A stretch of 63,972 bases of DNA, counting the filler, from Diploschistes diacapsis (Eukaryota), in assembly GCA_023645945.1 (NCBI GenBank). It is 5 parts of 5 records of this genome, joined end to end, with 100 filler letters (N's around TTAATTAATTAA, not from the genome) between each part and the next. Parts side by side here need not be neighbours in the genome. Positions count along the whole stretch, not along the records: positions 13,247 to 26,389 come from JALAIB010000686.1; positions 26,490 to 39,607 come from JALAIB010000687.1; 3 more parts are not named here. One strand, given 5' to 3'. The translations under genes were made by a program, and so were the position numbers. Below the pieces are notes generated by a model. The model was not told the origin of the DNA, searched no databases, and saw only the letters and a list, made by a program, of their open reading frames with translations. This document shows, piece after piece, positions 25,944-38,868 of the stretch. Position 1 is the first letter of the stretch, and each line of letters begins with the position of its first letter.

Positions 25944-26389
25944 AAGGGGGAAGTTGAGAAGGAGTTGGGGTGGCAGAGGTACCCGGGTGGGTAATTGGGT
26001 TGGCGTGCCAAAGCAGGAGAGGGGACAGAGGGCAGGTGTTTGAAATGGAAAAGGGTATTCGAATGACGTTGTGAATGGGGGGGGGCGTTGCTGGTTCATG
26101 CAGTAGCAGAAGGATGTTCGATACCACGGCGAAAGAACGAGATCATGGAGCGCTCTGCCACACCCAACTGGAACAGTACTGTACATAGATCCGTCTCTGC
26201 GAGACGAGATTCAAACCAATTTTCAATGCCAACCTTTCCTCGAACCATCTTCGGCCACGCAATCTTACCATTCCACGGCCCCATCGGATCAACAGAGCAG
26301 AAGCAAACCTCCCCCTTTTTTCCCGGTCTGCACCTTTCTCCGCTCAACCTTCTCGCGGCTTCTCCAGCGCCATGCCCGATCCCTAAATT

Positions 26390-26489
26390 NNNNNNNNNNN
26401 NNNNNNNNNNNNNNNNNNNNNNNNNNNNNNNNNTTAATTAATTAANNNNNNNNNNNNNNNNNNNNNNNNNNNNNNNNNNNNNNNNNNNN
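26390..26489. other. Artificial contig linker
   Basis: N-run + TTAATTAATTAA + N-run. Confidence 0.98.
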
Positions 26490-27234
26490 CCCCAAGACCG
26501 AAAAACGGTGTTCCCCCCCCCGCCCCTAATAGCTCAGAAACGAGAAGCAGGTGGGGTAGGTAGGTTTCACGTGGTCAAAGGCCCCCCGGACACGCAAACT
26601 AGTTTTGATCGCATCATCATGCACCAAGATGGCAAACCGCCAAGGTAACCCGCTCAGCCCTTGTTGTCTTCCCGGCTCGGGGGAAATGATCGATTTTACT
26701 TGTTGATATTAGCCCACCACTGCTAGCCCGGTATTTGCTGGATGGGTACATACGCCCCTGTTACCTTTACCGTTGTTGAGAGATGCGCTTGCTGCACTGT
26801 GGATTGGGGTCCCTGCTGTGGGAAGCGGAAGCGGGGAACACACGTTGTGTGCTAGTTGGGTTTGTCTAGAAGCGGGCAAGTACGGATCAAGTAAGCATAT
26901 ATATATAACTAGCTGGAAGTAAATAAGTAAAGTACAGTAAGTAGTAATTGCTAAAAGAAACTATGGCAAAACCAATCCAGACTGGAAAATGGAAAGGTCT
27001 CATCGAGTCGTCATTTCGATCTGGTTCTGTTCATTTCCCGGCCCATCCAAAGTCGTTGTTGGTATGCATCTGTGCAGATATCTTCATTCTCCTTTCTTCC
27101 ATTACCTGTGATGGTACAAAACCCCTTGCTTTCCATCGTGAGATAGCCTGGTGCAATCTGTACCGTATCCTGTCCGAGGCCCAGTCTCCAATATCCAGTA
27201 CACTATCATACCCCATGCACAATACATAAACCCC

Positions 27235-30200
27235 CTACCCAAAAATCCTCTTGAAAAATCCCTTCGGCTTCCCCTTCTCCTTCTCCTTCTGCTTTGGCGC
27301 CGCAGTCTCCTTCGCGCGATGGTAAGAGTGTCGGTCCCGCTCCCGCTTTCCTGCATCACCCGAATCTCTTGCCCGACCACCATCGCCGGCTCTGTAGTGG
27401 TGTCGATGGGTGTGCTGATCTGCCGCTTCCTCGACAACTCCCACGCTACCACCTTCAGGAATATCGGCAGTCTCGGCTCCCCCGCCGCCCTCCCCTCCAT
27501 CTGCAAAGCCATCTCCTCCCCTCTCCCCTCTTTTCCCCGCCGTTACCGCCCTACTAATTCTCCTTTCTCTCCGCGCCCTCCTCGCTCTCTCAGCGTCCTC
27601 GCTCTCCGCCCTTTCCCTCGCCTTCTCCACCAGCCGACCCTCTTCTCTTACCTGCTTCCTCCTCAAATCCTCCTTCTCCCTCGCTCCAATCTTCTTCTTC
27701 TTCTCTTCCTCTTCCTCCAACTCCCTCGCCTTCCGCTCCTGCCGCCTTCTTTCGTGGCGCCTCCTCCTCTCCTCTTCTGTCTCAGCAGTGCTCGTCCTCT
27801 CCACACGTGGGCGCGAACTACCGCCTTCGTGAGCGGATACGTTGGTGCTGCGGCCAGTCGTGGAAGACCGGCGCAGCTGCGCCGGCGTCATGCCTCCCGC
27901 CTTTACTCCACTGCCGCTTTTGTTCATACTCGTGCTCGTGCTCGCGCTCGAGCTGGTGCCAAACCACGGTCGAGACCCAACTTCGGACTCCACCCTGCGC
28001 GTATCGAACAGTTTCGGCCGCGTCAGCACGCCGCCCATATCCGCCAGCGTGTTGGACATACGGCGCATCATCTTCGGCTGCGGTGGCGGTGGCGGTGGCG
28101 GAGGCGGTGGTATCAGCTCCGAGGCCACAGCCGTGCTGCTGCCGTCGAGGCTGCGTTCTCGTTCGTGGGCCCGTTTTTTCGAGAGCGAGGACGGGCGCTC
28201 GGTACTGGAGCCGTTACTTGAGCCGGAGGATTTGAGCACCGAGTCGTAACGCCGATGATGGTGGTTATGCGTCGAGTGCCGCTTTGGCGCTTGTGGCCGT
28301 TCCTTTTCTCGTTCGCGCTCGCGCTCGGAGCCTTGATTGGAAGAGGGCTTGGCCATCGTAGTCGAGCTACGTCTAATTTTGGGACGTGATTCGCTGTCGC
28401 GGCGACGGCGGTCGTGGTGAGATTGTGGAGGCTCGGGAGGTTTCGAGCTGGATGCAAACGCTTCGCCACTTTTGTCTGTTGATGGTTTGCTGCCGCGGCG
28501 CTCCCAGCCCGACGTTGCTGTTCGGCGGCGGTGACGAATCCTTTCTTTCTCCTTTTCTAATGTTGGAGACGGTGGTGCATCAGATGTCATGGGGGCGCTC
28601 TCCCTTGCGGTTGGCTCATCGGTTGTGGCAGAGTCTACGACTGCTGTTGTACTTGTGTTGTCGGGGCCGGAGGCTTCGGGCGCAGTCTCTTCTGGTGCAG
28701 CGTCTGGTGCAGCTTCAGCCGGTTGAGCAACTTCTCCTGCAGCTGAAGCAGGATCGACCTCTTTTGAAGCTTCAGGAAACGCCTCTACAGGGGGCCCAGC
28801 GCTTGCAGCTACCGCTTCTCTGAAACTCTCTCCTGGAGGTGAGGGAGCATAGATTGACTCCCCAACGAAAGGTCCTATGGTTGGTGCCTCTGTTGCCGAT
28901 ACTTTTGCTGGTGGTGTGTCCATTACTGGTGCTTCTGCAGGTGGTGCCTCTGTTGCCGCTGCTTCTGCAGCTGACGCCTCTGCCGCCGGCGCCTCGGTAG
29001 GTGGAGCCTCTGTTGGCGGTATCTCTGCTGCTGGTGCCTCTGGTGCTGATGGCTCTGTCGCTGTTACTTCCGGCTCAGCAGCTGGGGCGTCGGCCGTACC
29101 CTCCCCACCAGCAGGTTCTTGAGACGCCTCAGGGGTGTCCTCAGTCTCTGCTGGTGGCGGAGCGGATTCCCCAGTCTGCTCGGGAGCTTGCTCTGTACCT
29201 TCTGCTAGCGGAGGTTCTTCCTTTGCTTCTTCGTGCGCAGGGGCTGCCTGGTCGCTTCCTGGTTTTTCTTCACCAGCAGCTTCTGGAGTATCAACAGCAG
29301 GCGTTTCACCTTTGGGCTCCTCTGCTAGAGCTGGTACTGCCTCTGGTGCCGAGTCACTTATCTCTAATTCCTCAGTGTCTGCCGTCGCTGCTTGATTCAA
29401 GTCGGTGTTCTCTTCTTGGTTGCCTTGTTGACCGTCTGGCGACGAGGTTCCTTCTGCTGTAACCCCTATTGTAGACGCTTCTTTTGTTCGTTCCCCGGCC
29501 TCAGCTGGTTTTTCAGTTGCAGTCGCTTCAAGTGCAGCGGCGAATTCCTCTACTGCAGGTTCAGGAGCGTCTTTGGGCGGCTCCTCTGTCGTTGCTGGCT
29601 CTTCAGATGTGGTGGCTTCCTTTGTCTCTTCCGTTGACGCCTCTGATTTTTCAATTGACTCTTGCCCAGCGGCTTCGACACAAGCCTCTGCTGACTCTTC
29701 CATGTCTCCAGCAGGAGGCTCTTCGTTCGAAGCACCTGCTTCTTCTTCAGTCTTTTCCGTAGGTGTAGCGGCTGCATCTCGTTCTGCTTCGGCAGGCGCT
29801 GTCTCTTCTGGAGGGACTTTAGGTTCTTTCGACTCTCCTTCAGCCTCTGTGTTCTCGGTCGAGTTCACTTCGTTAGCTGTACCGTCATCTTCTGTTGCTT
29901 CTGCTGCCGGCGCCGTCGCTGCTGGCACTACGTTAACTCCTTTTCCTTCATCTAAAATTGGAGCGTCAGCGATAGGTTCTGCGGATACTCCAGGACTTTC
30001 GGCAGGTTCCCCTTCCTTGACTGCTTCAATGGCATCTTGACCTTTTGTAGGCTTTTCTTCTGCAGCAGGCTTTTCTTCTGCAGCAGGCTTCTCTTCTTCA
30101 GCAGGTTCGCCATCGTCGGCAAGCTTCTGTTCTTCGGCAGGCTTCCCCCCTTCGGCAAGCTTCTCCTCTTTTCGCCCTTCCATGCTTGTTGCCTCTCCTT

Positions 30201-32388
30201 CTGTAGGAACCTGTTTGCTGTCTTCGGCTTTTGCTCCTGCTACTTTTTCTTCCTCAATCACGTTAACCGCCGGCTCTGAAGACGAAGGCTTTCCTTCTTC
30301 TTTCTGCTCATCTACAGCAATGTTAGCAGGTTCATCTCCTCCTTTGGTTTCCTCTGTGTTGGCGTTAGGCTGTTCGACGTTGTCAGATGGTTTTATATGT
30401 TCGGCGCTCTCTGTTGTGGCTTCTACAGTTGTATCTTCTGTCTGTGTCTCTTCAGATACATCCTTCGCAACGTGCTCTGATACAGTTGTATCAGTCCCCT
30501 CTTTTTCACCCGAGTCTTTCGGTGGAGGAACGTCTTTTTCAGCCGGCTCCACTGAGTGTTCAGCATCTGCCGGTTCTGCCTTCATGTTAGTCTCAGATTC
30601 GCCAGTTTCTTCAGTTGGTGCATCCTGTCGTGATGTTTCCGTTGAATCATTTGCAGTTTCCTCTGCGGAGGAGGATTCGGTAGAAGCAGGATCAGAAGCT
30701 GCCTCAGCAGCTTCTTTGTCAGCAGTCTCGGCTGACCTTTCGTCTGTTGTTTGTTCGGCAGGTTCTGTTACAGTTGCAGAATCCGGTATTTCCAGATCAG
30801 CTGCAGGAGCTTCTTGTGTCACAGCTATAGACTCGCTGCGGACTTGATCGGCAGGTTCTGATGGTGTGTCCCCTGCTGTAGGCTTGTCAGCTTCCGCTGC
30901 CGGTTCTGTTGTCTGGGCGTTTTCTGTGGCTGGAGCATCAGTAGCAGCCTCATCCGTCTTCTCGGTTTGGGGGTCTGGAGCTGGGGTTTCGGGGGAGGGC
31001 TCTGCAGAGTCTGGGGCTGCTGCTCCTTCTGATGAAACTTCTACAGGAGCCTCTGATGAGGGTTCTACCAGAGCTTCGTCTTCTTTCGACGGCTCTGCAG
31101 CTGCTTCGTTTTCGATGTCTTTAGGTTCTGCAGCAGCTGGTTCTTCTCGAGCTGTTCCACTTTTCTTGCCCTTCTTCTCGGGTTTTTTGCTCTTCTTTCC
31201 CTTTGTCAGAAACGTCACAGCCTTTTTCTTCTCTTCCTTCCCCTCCTTCACTTCTTTCACTTCCTTCGACTTTTCTTTCTCTTTCTCTTTTGGCTTCGGC
31301 TTTTCCACTACTTTGGCCGGTGGTTTGCCTTTCGACTTTTTGTTCTTACCTCCCTTCTTCCCTTTCGCTGGTGCCTCCTCTGGTGTTTCTTCTGCTGGCT
31401 TTTCAGCCTCTGTCGGTGCTTCAGTTTCATCGGCAGTGGCAGCATCCTCAGCAGCGGTCTCGACAGGCGCTTCTTCGACTTTGGCTTCTGGGACGACTTC
31501 GGTGGAAACGTCTGCCGTTGCGTCCGTGGCAGGCTCCTCTGAAGCATCAGCTGAGCCTTCTGGTGGGACGTCCGCTGGAGCTGCCTCTTCCGCTATCTGT
31601 TCGTCGCAGGCAATATTAGCTCTTCCATGCCCTTTTAATCTGATTGACTGCATATGAAGGGGAAGGACGGTTCGCTTAGAAAAAGATTAAAGATTAATGC
31701 AAAACAAACCCCAGTTTCGGCCATAAGATACATTGTTTGATCATTTACAAAATAGAGAATGAGTCGTAAAACATTGGTATTTCTGGGAAATGAGACACAT
31801 CAATGGCTGCTAGTACGTACCTGCGCGTTTCCAGCCGCCGGATCAATCGGTGGTAGCTCGGCTTCTTTGGCTTCTGATGGATTTCCTGTTGTGTCTTCGG
31901 CAGCAGGTGCTTCCCCGGCCGGCGAATCTTGGGTCTCCTGTGATGCATCAGGGGCATTATTCGGCGGGCTAGCACCGTCTGCTGCTGCTGGCTCGTTCCC
32001 AGCGTCTGCAGCTGGCTGTTCTGCAGAGGCTCCTTCTGCTCCTTCCGTAGTTTCACCATCCGCTGCGGGCTCAATGGTTACGCCCCCATCTTCATTGCCA
32101 CCTCCTTCCTCATCGGCAGGTGCATCTGCGGCTGTTCGAGTATATTAGCAATTACAAATTCTAGTAGATAACAACCCTGGTTCAGGAATGATCAATCTCA
32201 CATCCACTCGCCTCAACCTCTGCTGCTTTCTCTCCTGCCTTCTCATCCGCCTTGTCAGCTGGCGGTGACTCCTCTTTTGGCTTCTTCGGCTCGAACAGGG
32301 GGATGTTAGTATGTTTGACAAAGGTTGGATCGAAAATTTGATATGCAAAAGTTGGAAGCTTTGCATACTGCATGCGTGCACCAGACAT
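27235..32388 (-). CDS. Very large (~1,600 aa) low-complexity Glu/Ala/Pro/Thr-rich protein with basic C-terminus; start uncertain (32388 or further upstream, e.g. 32485)
   Basis: 4.4-kb ORF 27235-31653 plus in-phase upstream exons (~31821-32132, ~32202-32388) bounded by GT..AG sites with CTAAT branch points. Confidence 0.8.
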
Positions 32389-33865
32389 CTTTCTGCTCCA
32401 AGGGCAGTATACTGAAAACACTACCGCCGAGACTTATTTCAAGCGAGATATGGATGCGTTGCTCCCTCTTATTCTCCTCGCTCATGCTGGCGGGCCTAAT
32501 GTGTCATCGAGCGAATAGAGGAGGAGTAGGGTCTACCAGACGAATAACGGACGGAGTGAAACCGGTAGCTACCAAAAGAAAGAAGGAAGCTAGCGGGATA
32601 GGAACGAATAGAAAAGGAGCCCAAATCGTACATGGTAGTAATGACGCTCTGGGCCAATAATGAGGAGACGCAAGGAGGGCAGCAAATCCGAACATAACAC
32701 AGAAAAGTAAGGCACGATAGCGCCCTAGACAAGGAGGACTCCACGCCTACGCAAGAGCGTGGGAAAGGTGGAATGACACAACGAGGGCGATCTTGGAGCC
32801 ACATACTGACCCAATTGGTAGGAAAATCAAGGCGACTGGAGCCACGTCAAATTGGTCATCGAGCAGCAGAGATGGGGGGTGGCTTCTTTTGACAAAAAGA
32901 AAGTGCACAGCCGATAACTTGCATATATCGCGACACTGCATTGCCGAGCAAAAGAGGGAAGCTTGGATTGGCTCGATGCGCTGCAGAGGAGCTCCTCAGC
33001 GACAGAAACGGTGCCTGAGAGATACGCTTTCCTGGCTTCTCGCGGATACGTGCTTGTGATCGGATTCCTCCTGTTTATCGTCCGGGGTTTTTGGCCACCT
33101 GCTCTCGGTCCTTTTGTGCGTGCATTAGTCACCATTGCTGCCCAACGAGAGCCTGAGATACGAGACGAGACTTCTGTATCGCAGCCATGATGGCCTTCTG
33201 GAGGCTGCGCAATTGGCTCAAGATATGGCCTCACTGTAATTTATTTGAAGAAGCTGATTGAACGTTGGAAAAATGAGGCCATCAATCACTTTGTCGGAAA
33301 TCTTCAGATGTGGGAGAGGTAAAGGGTTCCCGGCTCCGGGGTTTCCCATACAGTGCTATGTTCCCGCCTCACATTCCTTGGTACGTATCTCGACTTCTCA
33401 GCGTATATTCTATTCGAAGAAGTGGACTGTTTCATCGTAAGCACAATATGATTTTGTGCTCTCTAACTTGTTATTTGCAGATGCTTACACCTACGCGAAT
33501 GGCTAATCCAGCCGAGCATGTTATCCTCAAGCTCAGATGATACCGACAAGAAGTGAGTCATCGCCTACAAAGTCGACTTCTCCGCCCTTTTGCTTCAGCG
33601 ACATACCAGCTTTTCCTAGGCGAGAAGCAGAGACTTAGCATCCACCAGGCCTCGAGCCAGTCCTCATCAAACCAAGATGCAAGTGTAGACGCTGTATGCT
33701 CATCAAAACATTTTTTTACCTCCCTCTTACGGTGAACGGGTATGCCACGGTAGCCTCACGTCAGTGCGCGCAGCGCCTAAGCCCGTCCAATGCAATTGTA
33801 TCTGACATGGAGGCCGCTACGTGACTCATCGGCTCATAGCTCGTAAATCGTCAACAGTGCTGCAA

Positions 33866-35836
33866 TCAGTCGATTTTGGCATCCATGGTTGCCCTCCAAC
33901 GTGGCCCAAAGTGCCTCATTGCCCAAATGATAATACTGCTGACGGCAGCAATAACAGCAATGCCAGTGAACAGCCAGCCATCCCCGATCGCTGAGATCAA
34001 TGGCTCGGCGACAACGGAGCCGATGAAGGAGAAGATGTTCCGACAGAGATTGTTGAGAGCGATGCCGGTCGAGGCCTTCTTGGGCATGAATTCTACCCAT
34101 GGCCACGTTAGTTATTCCATGCCGGATAAACCAGGATGAGATATCGTATACCGGTCAGCATTGTGGTGACCATTCCGAATATCAGCATGCTCCCAAAGCC
34201 AAAGAAGAAGTTGGCAATAAGCTGATACAAGTTAGCGCCCAAAGGGATGGAAGCCTAAGCTGGCATCGCCTACTGGTACAATGTAGAAAACTCCCCTCTC
34301 AGCCGTCCACCCATACCAGATCAAAGCAGCAGGATACAGAAACGCGGCGAGCCAAGCGTTCTCCCTCATCCGGTCTTCTGGTCGGTAGATGAGCTCTCCC
34401 TTCTCGTCTCTTCTGTTTGCTCTTTTGGCTTCCCGCGCCATGATGTTGTCTACCCACTTGCCTCCCGTTAAACTAGCGGCCAGATAACCAGAGGAGTTGG
34501 CAAGATACGAAAGACCGATTTGTATGGAAGAAAAGTTGTACGGTGGCTGGCTAAAGGTTGCCTGGACGCTCACTTGAAGAGAGTAAAGCGAACCGAAAGT
34601 GATGCTGGCATAATAGACTGTGATAGCGACGGCAGGAAACCTCAAGTACTTGACAACTTTGAGCGGATCAACAAAGAATCGCTTGAGCAGCTTGATCCAG
34701 ATCCTGCCTTGGAGTCTAGTAGACTGACTGCTTGGCGCCCTACCAAGACATAAATCAGCTGGAGGCTTGATATTCTCTTCTTCCATGATCTCCTGCATGA
34801 TAGACTTGGTCTCTTTCAATGTCTCGGGGAGACACCAAAAGAGTAAGTTGAGAGTCAAGAAACCGTAGATGGTCAGAAACCACATTGTACTTCGCCAGCC
34901 CCATCGGAGTTGAAGCGCGCCTCCAACAATGGGCGATAGCAATGGCCCCATCAAGGGTCCTAGATAGAAGAATCCCATAGCTCGTCCCCTTTCCCTAACG
35001 TGCCAGATGTCGGCCAAGGTCCCTGCGCCGACTACTTGGACACTAGCGGCCGCAGCTCCAGAGAGTAACCGCATCACTATGAACATGGCAATGTTGACTG
35101 ATAATGCTGCAGCGATGTTAAGGACCGCGAATAGAGCGAAGGACATTAAATAGATAGGTCTGCGGCCAAGGCTCTCGCAGAAAGATGACCACTGGACAAG
35201 TTAGCTGAAGTCGTGAGATGGTCTTTAGTATCTTACAAAGAGAGGGAACAAGGCCATCGACAGCATGTACAGACCGATTGAGAAATTCGTGGTCGCAGCA
35301 GAGGTGCCGAAGGCCTGTGCAATGTCGTCTAACGATGCTAAGGTTTATGTCAGCCAGCACCTTGGACCCAGTACCTTGACTCCAATCCTTTGACTCCAAT
35401 CCTTACGAAAGATAATTGATGACCCAAACGGCGCTGCTATGCCCGCGAATGAAATGATGGAGGTAATCCACCATTTTGTGCCTCGCTCGTAGTCTTTGGG
35501 CTCTTCGACCTCTGGAATAAGAACCCAACTTCCGAACCATCCTCGACGTTCAGGACGCGGTACCACTATAGGGCCTCGGGGAGCTGCACTCTCGGTTTGA
35601 CCTTGCAAGGTTGCCGGAGATTGTGCCTCTGGATCTTCAAGGTAGGAGGCCTGTGGCCCTCGACCGGTAGAGGTCCCAGGTCCATTCTCGAGATCCACCA
35701 TCACATTCTTCTCCAGGTCCTCATTGCGAGTGCTCTGAATGCTCTGCTCTATCGGAGCATCTTCGTTCAGCGTTGCCGTGTCCGTGAAAGAGGAGTTTGA
35801 TCGTTGGCTTGGTGGCCCCTTTTCTGGATCAGACAT
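33866..35836 (-). CDS. MFS multidrug transporter, DHA1 family (Dtr1/Qdr-like), multi-exon
   Basis: LGRRPIY, GAGTLADIWHVRERGRAMG.FYLGPLMGPLLSPIVGG, GWRST.WFL, LPETL and PEDRMRENAW motifs; many TM segments; GT-AG introns. Confidence 0.92.
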
Positions 35837-37167
35837 GGCCGTCTTCAAAAGTATCTGAGGATCCTCTGTTAGACTCTGTGCAGGTATGTATAATCCGTAG
35901 ATGGAAATACCTAGGATGGTATACCTAGGATGGTAAAACTTCGGAAGTAGAATGCTTCTTTACTACAAAGATATTCACTAGACCTGCGCATTGATGGACA
36001 TCGACCACAATCCCGTAAATGAATGGAAATGAATGAAACAACGAACGAAAATTAACCATGAAAACTATGATACTATATTGAACCTTAAAGGTTGTTAGTC
36101 TACGAAGATGAATGACTAGTATAGCAATCGCGTTAGGTATGTGGGGGTGGTTTCAAATCATATGCCGGTCGAGAGAATATCATATCTAGTAGTATGTCTG
36201 CGTTGGTCGATCATACGATCATACACAGGCTGTCATTCTCTGCCACCTCATACTGGAGCACTGAAGCACCGAGGCACCGAAGCAACGGGCGGACAGAACG
36301 CAGAACGAGAGCTTAAGAAAGCAGTGAAGCAATTGGGAGGCAGGTCCAAGTACCCCTGGATGTAGCTAAGGTTGCCGATATCCGTAGCGGATGTATAACG
36401 GTGAACAGGTCCGGCTTTTGAGTTTGGCTTGGGATTCACTATATTCCATCTCTCCTGTGAGCTCGAGAAGTTTTTCCCCAACGGGAGAATGATGAATCTG
36501 TCGTGGACTTGCTTCCAATCAAAAAGCGGGGGTTGAGGACCTTTGCAGTTGCAATTTTCAAGCACGTCTAAATGGTAGCGTAAATAATATACTCGCACGA
36601 ACGACTGGTAGAGTTTCCACAACTATGCTAACGCATGGCCACAGCTGGAGTCCACTGAGGCTCTACGCCTGCTGTGCGTCATTATTGGTCGATTTGATTT
36701 GTGGGCATTTCGCTTATTCGACCAATGATCCAATGGCTGCTTACCCTTATCTCAGAGAGCGTAACTGAAGGCTTCGGAGTCAGGCTGCTTTAAGCAGAGA
36801 CTTGGAGAGTATATGGGGTTCCTCAAACTGACACGTATCAAAACGACAAGTAAAAGGGTTACACGTTAGGTGAACTGAGATAACCGTTCTTGTTTATCTC
36901 TTATACACCGCTGTTTAGAAACCGGTTCCTTGCCGCAGCCGGTGCTTCCACGAACCTTGATACTATTCTCCCATTTGATAGAAAGTCAATGTCCCCCAGG
37001 TACGCGCGCTTCGGAGTGCATGCTTGACAGCTGCACCGTCAAGAGAGGCCACTCAGGAGCGTGCACAAGACATCGCCCCTCGCGGGAACCGACACTCCTG
37101 CAGGGTATTCTGCAGCTCATCTGCATGTGCGTACCGTGAGGTCGGCGAGCACAGCGAGGCAAAGAGA

Positions 37168-38076
37168 ATGGAAGCACTGCAACAGAAGCATCGCCAAGAG
37201 CAGCGCGACCTGCAGGCACGGATCACGCAGAAGAAGAAAAACGCCACCAAGAGGACTCGAAAAGGGGTAAATGACGAGTGTGCCGACCTCGACCGTCAAC
37301 TCAGGGACCGCCAGGAGGTCGAGCTGGCCGCCGTCTCGAGTAACACAGAAAAAGACGACAATGAGCAAGAAGGGCTGCAGCCGAGCCACGCGCACGTGAT
37401 TGCGCATGACCAGAACTCCAGCACCGCATTCGGAGAGGCTCCCACCAATGGCGTTTCCGGCAAAAACCATGAACAACCACCAGAAGACAGTAAACCACAG
37501 CCTAAGAAGCCCAGCCGCCAGAAAGCGCGACTGGCTCGGCGAGCTGCAGAGCAGGAAGCCGTCGCCACTGCCGCAGCCGAGGAAGCAGCTCAGCAGCCCG
37601 ACCGGCGGGCAGACGAGCGCCAGATAATGTCATCGCAGATCGAGGCAAGGGGTCTGGTAGAGCAAGAAGTACGCAGCGACGGGCACTGCATGTACGCTGC
37701 CGTGGCGGATCAACTACAGCAGCACGGGGTCAATGTCGGCTCGGAGGAAGAAGGGCTTCCCGAGTACAGGGTCGTGAGGAGAAAAGCCGCGGCGTTCATC
37801 GAGAGCCATGGCGACGACTTTGCGCCATTTCTGGAGGGGCCGCTGGACGAATACGTAGCCAAGGTGCGCGACACAGGCGAGTGGGGCGGGCAGCTGGAGC
37901 TGTCTGCGCTGTCAAGGGTCTACGGGCTGGTCATCAACGTTCTGCAGGGAGATGGACGGGTGGAGAAGATTGAGCCTGGAGGCGAGGCGCATAAGGAGGC
38001 GTGGCTGGCTTATTACCGGCATTCTTTCGGGCTGGGCGAGCATTACAATTCGCTGCGAAAAGCGTCTGCCGGATGA
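37168..38076 (+). CDS. OTU2: OTU-domain deubiquitinase (Otu2/OTUD6 type)
   Basis: N-terminal HRQEQRDLQARITQKKK, RQKARLARR, catalytic SDGHCMY, WGGQLEL and LAYYRHSFGLGEHYNSLR. Confidence 0.93.
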   Translation: MEALQQKHRQEQRDLQARITQKKKNATKRTRKGVNDECADLDRQLRDRQEVELAAVSSNTEKDDNEQEGLQPSHAHVIAHDQNSSTAFGEAPTNGVSGKNHEQPPEDSKPQPKKPSRQKARLARRAAEQEAVATAAAEEAAQQPDRRADERQIMSSQIEARGLVEQEVRSDGHCMYAAVADQLQQHGVNVGSEEEGLPEYRVVRRKAAAFIESHGDDFAPFLEGPLDEYVAKVRDTGEWGGQLELSALSRVYGLVINVLQGDGRVEKIEPGGEAHKEAWLAYYRHSFGLGEHYNSLRKASAG

Positions 38077-38098
38077 ACCCAGGTTCAAGTAGAGACGC

Positions 38099-38580
38099 CT
38101 ACCTTTCTAGTCACGAAAACTGATGAAGCTCTTTTTCTGATCAATGCTCCGGAAGACTTCAACGGCATGCTAGCATTACAACTCATTATGAAAAGCTTCG
38201 GCAGGATGAAGCTCCGATTTAGGCAGCTACTTCTCTAGCTACGAAAGACTGATGGAGCGCTTTCTCTGGTCAACGCTACGAAAAGGCTTCAACAGGATGC
38301 TATAACTTACACTCGCTACAGGAAGCTTCTGCAGGATGTAGGTGCGGCACAAGCGAGGCACTTACCTTTCCGGCAACGATTCTTGATGGCTGTCTTTCGC
38401 CAATGCTCTAAAAAACCTTCAATGGCATCTGACAGCATAGTTGCTACGGAAAGCACCTGCAGGATGAACCTCCGGCTCAAGTTGAGGCATCCAGCCAGCA
38501 TCGAATGTTCCTCGATTGTCCCTCTCAAACAATTCGGACCTTTCTCAGCATGAAGACCGATGAAGTGCTTTCTGTCACGA
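38099..38580. repeat. Degenerate tandem array of ~130-bp units (3 full plus 1 partial)
   Basis: Recurring order TACCTTTC...TGATG...CAA(T/C)GCT...CTTCAA...GCAGGATG...AGGCA starting at ~38099, ~38227, ~38362 and partially ~38536. Confidence 0.7.
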
Positions 38581-38868
38581 ACACTTAACAATATCTCTCG
38601 TGACAACTGATACCGGTAGAGTGTTATCCCTCATAAAAGTTTTCAAAGACTTTGAAGGTATGCTAGTTCCTGCAGCATCTAACAGAGGTGGAAGCTGAGC
38701 ATCTCATCACCATCGTCGGCATGATTCATTAGACAGAGGAATTCAATTACATACTTCAGCAACTCACCCGAAGGGCAAAAAAGCTAAGCAGATCCTATTG
38801 CCCGAACCACACCTAGAGGGTCCAGCTACACTATCATTCACAGCCACTCAGTCTACCCATTCGATCCC

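Noticed and set aside
27151..32148. Many plus-strand Ser/Ala/Leu-rich ORFs
   Set aside because: Antisense shadows of the low-complexity giant protein.
36211..36230. CATACGATCATAC resembling the 5' end of fungal 5S rRNA
   Set aside because: Similarity does not continue; no internal 5S boxes.
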